This document shows positions 61,201 to 64,000 of a stretch of 64,000 nucleotides of DNA, piece by piece. Position 1 is the first letter of the stretch, and the number at the start of each line of letters is the position of its first letter. The notes below the pieces were generated by a model that was given only the letters and a program-made list of their open reading frames with translations, made no database searches and was not told where the DNA came from. This DNA comes from Macrostomum hystrix (Eukaryota > Animalia > Platyhelminthes): contig CATNEN010000039.1 in assembly GCA_950097015.1 (NCBI GenBank), positions 6,200,001-6,264,000 of the forward strand. The letters are read 5' to 3'. Position numbers and translations under genes: made by a program.

Positions 61201-61866
61201 TTGACCCGCAAAGACTCACCGAGCTCACGCATAACACGCAGTCCCTCCTGATAGTTGGGTCCGGCGCGCCTCACGAAAATCTCCACCCGGCACTGGACCA
61301 GCTGGGCCTGGAATTGGCGCAGGGCTCGCACAATGCCTTTGAATGTGGCGGCAACGTTGGTGAAGTTCGCGATGCCGCCGCCGATTATGAGTACTTTGCC
61401 GTCTGGCCGAACTGTGCGCGTCATCAGGGACAGCAGAGTCTTGGCATACTCATAGGTCTGCTCTTCAGTAGGAGCCCCAGAATACTCGCCGTAATTCGCC
61501 AACTCCTCCGCCGAGCCCATGTCGCAGACGGTGTCAGCGTAGATCACGGAGGCGCCGCCGCCGGCCACCATAGTCCAGACACGGCCTTCCGGATTCAGTA
61601 CAGTCAGCTTCAAGGAGGCACCGGACCTGGCGTCTAGCTCGGCTATGTAGGCCTCCTCCGGGAAGGCTTCGCGGCCGAACGGGGGCGGAAAGTCCACGCT
61701 GCCCCAAGCCGCTTTGCACAGATACTCGGCGCACTGGTCCAGCCTGGCTGCCAGGTCCAGGATGTGAACCCGGCCTGAGCACACAACCAGCGGATTCACC
61801 TCCAGGTAGGTGAAGTGCAGCTCGCAATAGACCCGATGCAGCTCGGCGATGAAGCTCAGCAGGAGG
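43207..61866 (-). CDS. ACLY: ATP-citrate lyase, 5'-partial; core exons 61866-61220, 60234-60005, 55119-54947, 53982-53319, 52676-52250, 50698-50257, 43387-43207
   Basis: [62 protein letters not shown], catalytic-His [42 protein letters not shown]. All GT-AG phases are consistent; the N-terminal exons lie beyond 64000. Confidence 0.96.
43425..44475. repeat. 44-bp minisatellite (ggggtgagattcaggtgctgaattatactgcatagagatcctca), last ACLY intron
   Basis: About 24 copies with alternating variants. Confidence 0.95.
44480..47472. repeat. 34/36-bp minisatellite (tgagattcaggtccagtagacagacactgaggga)
   Basis: About 87 copies, with a higher-order duplication at offset 1034. Confidence 0.95.
47924..49246. 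repeat. 34-bp minisatellite (cagcccctcccattcctcaggccttgctaatccc)
   Basis: About 39 copies. Confidence 0.95.
49950..50182. repeat. 21-bp minisatellite (aaaatctacaacttcagattc)
   Basis: About 11 copies. Confidence 0.9.
50815..51092. repeat. 22-bp minisatellite (gacctgaaggaagctaggagag)
   Basis: About 12 perfect copies. Confidence 0.95.
51728..52211. repeat. 32-bp minisatellite (gagtctcatggggtgagactgaacgagaagtg)
   Basis: About 14 copies; agtctca..tgagact hairpin. Confidence 0.95.
52685..53250. repeat. 21-bp minisatellite (tgtagggagatatctagggta)
   Basis: About 20 good copies with a degenerate edge. Confidence 0.9.
54090..54665. repeat. 27-bp minisatellite (ctatgggaaatttccactattatcgct)
   Basis: About 21 copies; ggaaatttcc palindrome. 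Confidence 0.9.
55228..55767. repeat. ~30-bp minisatellite (gatttgagcacattcctatcacagagccgg)
   Basis: About 18 copies. Confidence 0.9.
56436..57185. repeat. 12-bp minisatellite (gggtgagagtcn)
   Basis: About 60 copies. Confidence 0.9.
57225..57347 (-). CDS. ACLY: Candidate ACLY linker cassette exon (41 aa: [41 protein letters not shown])
   Basis: Polypyrimidine tract with ctaat branch motif, aag acceptor, gtaaat donor; 123 nt, phase 0-0, no stop. Confidence 0.5.
57792..57845 (-). CDS. ACLY: Candidate ACLY linker cassette exon (18 aa: [18 protein letters not shown])
   Basis: ccttgtttag acceptor, gtaag donor; 54 nt, phase 0-0, no stop. Confidence 0.4.
58226..58316 (-). mobile_element. SINE family B tail fragment
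   Basis: About 90 nt essentially identical to 60617-60707. Confidence 0.75.
58503..59014. repeat. 11-bp minisatellite (caggtgagagt)
   Basis: About 45 copies; each unit is a near-perfect CAG|GTRAG on the antisense strand of ACLY. Confidence 0.9.
59322..59378 (-). CDS. ACLY: ACLY linker micro-exon (19 aa: [19 protein letters not shown])
   Basis: cctattttgcag acceptor, gtaatt donor; 57 nt, phase 0-0; GC-rich island; encodes RTAS as in the vertebrate ACLY linker. Confidence 0.7.
59559..59933. repeat. 29-bp minisatellite (aactgaaattcatcatggaattttccaat)
   Basis: About 13 copies; quasi-palindromic. Confidence 0.95.
60616..60893 (-). mobile_element. tRNA-derived SINE family B (CORE-like), most complete copy
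   Basis: On the - strand: A-box TAGCCTAGAGG, degenerate B-box, and gtgtcctttagcaaggcacttaac, which resembles the CORE-SINE central motif. Confidence 0.75.
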
Positions 61867-61924
61867 CTGGGGAAAAATTGAAGTGAGATTCTAATTTAAA
61901 CTGCAGCATGTCAATCCCGGCAAA

Positions 61925-62165
61925 GTGACCTCCGTAAACTGACCTCACTGAACTGACCTCACTAAACTGACCTCACTAAACTGACCTCACTAAACTGACG
62001 TCACTTAACTGACCTCACTAAACTGACGTCACTTAACTGACCTCACTGAACTGACCTCACTAAACTGACCTCACTAAACTGACCTCACTAAACTGACCTC
62101 ACTAAACTGACCTCACTAAACTGACCTAACTTAGCTGACTTTACTGAACTGATCTCACTAAACTG
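61925..62165. repeat. 14-bp minisatellite (actaaactgacctc)
   Basis: About 17 copies. Confidence 0.9.
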
Positions 62166-63710
62166 ATCCCATCTAATTAAAGCTACTGATCCCATCCAAT
62201 TAAAACTACTGATCCCATCTAATTAAAGCTACTGATCCCATCTAATTAAAGCTACTGATCCCATCTAATTAAAGCTACTGATCCCATCTAATTAAAGCTA
62301 CTGATCCCATCTAATTAAAGCTACTGATCCCATCTAATTAAAGCTACTGATCCCATCTAATTAAAGCTACTGATCCCATCTAATTAAAGCTACTGATCCC
62401 ATCTAATTAAAGCTACTGATCCCATCTAATTAAAGCTACTGATCCCATCTAATTAAAGCTACTGATCCCATCTAATTAAAGCTACTGATCCCATCTAATT
62501 AAAGCTACTGATCCCATCTAATTAAAGCTACTGATCCCATCTAATTAAAGCTACTGATCCCATCTAATTAAAGCTACTGATCCCATCTAATTAAAGCTAC
62601 TGATCCCATCTAATTAAAGCTACTGATCTCATCTAATTAAAGCTACTGATCCCATCTAATTAAAGCTACTGATCCCATCTAATTAAAGCTATTGATCCGA
62701 TCTAATTAAAGCTACTGATCCCATCTAATTAAAGCTACTGATCTCATCTAATTTAAGCTACTGATCCCATCTAATTAAAGCTACTGATCCCATCTAATTA
62801 AAGCTACTGATCCCATCTAATTAAAGCTACTGATCCCATCTAATTAAAGCTACTGATCCCATCTAATTAAAGCTACTGATCCCATCTAATTAAAGCTACT
62901 GATCCCATCTAATTGAAGCTACTGATCCCATCTAATTAAAGCTACTGATCCCATCTAATTAAAGCTACTGATCCCATCTAATTAAAGCTACTGATCCCAT
63001 CTAATTGAAGCTACTGATCCCATCTAATTAAAGCTACTGATCCCATCTAATTGAAGCTACTGATCCTATCTAATTAAAGCTACTGATCCCATCTAATTAA
63101 AGCTACTGATCCCATCTAATTAAAGCTACTGATCCCATCTAATTAAAGCTACTGATCCCATCTAATTAAAGCTACTGATCCCATCTAATTAAAGCTACTG
63201 ATCCCATCTAATTAAAGCTACTGATCCCATCTAATTAAAGCTACTGATCCCATCTAATCGAAGCTACTGATCCCATCTAATTGAAGCTACTGATCCCATC
63301 TAATTAAAGCTACTGATCCCATCTAATTAAAGCTACTGATCCCATCTAATTAAAGCTACTGATCCCATCTAATTAAAGCTACTGATCCCATCTAATTGAA
63401 GCTACTGATCCCATCTAATTAAAGCTACTGATCCCATCTAATTAAAGCTACTGATCCCATCCAATTAAAGCTACTGATCCCATCTAATTGAAGCTACTGA
63501 TCCCATCTAATTAAAGCTACTGATCCCATCTAATTAAAGCTACTGATCCCATCTAATTAAAGCTACTGATCCCATCTAATTAAAGCTACTGATCCCATCT
63601 AATTAAAGCTACTGATCCCATCTAATTAAAGCTACTGATCCCATCTAATTAAAGCTACTGATCCCATCTAATTAAAGCTACTGATCCCATCAAACTGAAG
63701 CTACTGATCA
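62162..63710. repeat. 23-bp minisatellite (ctgatcccatctaattaaagcta)
   Basis: About 67 highly homogeneous copies in an ACLY intron. Confidence 0.95.
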
Positions 63711-64000
63711 ATTCTTACTTGGTTTTCGAACAGTACTACTGTGGCTAAAGTATACAAGCACTTATGGCTACAGAGTGTTATGAAACATGTCTACAACTAT
63801 AATTAAAAAGGCAATAGTGACCCCTCAGCCCTAAGACGAAACTCTCAAATACGATCGAAATTCAACTAGCCATCGTAGAGAGTGGCCTTAAAGCACAGCG
63901 TGACAAAGTGGACCAGAAGGCCAATTAGAATTCCGTAAAGCGGGGCAGCTCTCATTTATGCAAATGTATAGCATACATGCCTCTAATAAGTATGTAGGGT

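Overview
Eukaryotic (metazoan) genomic DNA with GC-rich spliceosomal exons, AT-rich spacers and a very high density of minisatellites. The style resembles the flatworm Macrostomum (inference only). I rebuilt seven genes by hand, checking reading-frame phase at every junction. On the + strand is a co-oriented cluster: GID8 (3 exons), an AMBRA1-like WD40 gene (4 exons), DDX10 (4 exons), a 108-aa coiled-coil ORF, and DHX37 (8 exons, one GC-AG intron). On the - strand are a DEG/ENaC channel, with a second exon the ORF track misses, and the 3' part of ATP-citrate lyase (ACLY). About 35 different tandem arrays occur, with most introns carrying their own unit, plus two tRNA-derived SINE families and a short (TTAGGG)n tract. 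The main leads are: (1) several small phase-0 cassette exons in the ACLY regulatory linker, one carrying the RTAS phospho-motif; (2) many arrays carry a 5'-splice-site motif antisense to the host gene, and in AMBRA1 a donor-rich intronic array is complementary to a U1-like 3' array; (3) a possible trans-spliced or polycistronic cluster containing two SSU-processome helicases and a possibly SYCE2-like small ORF.
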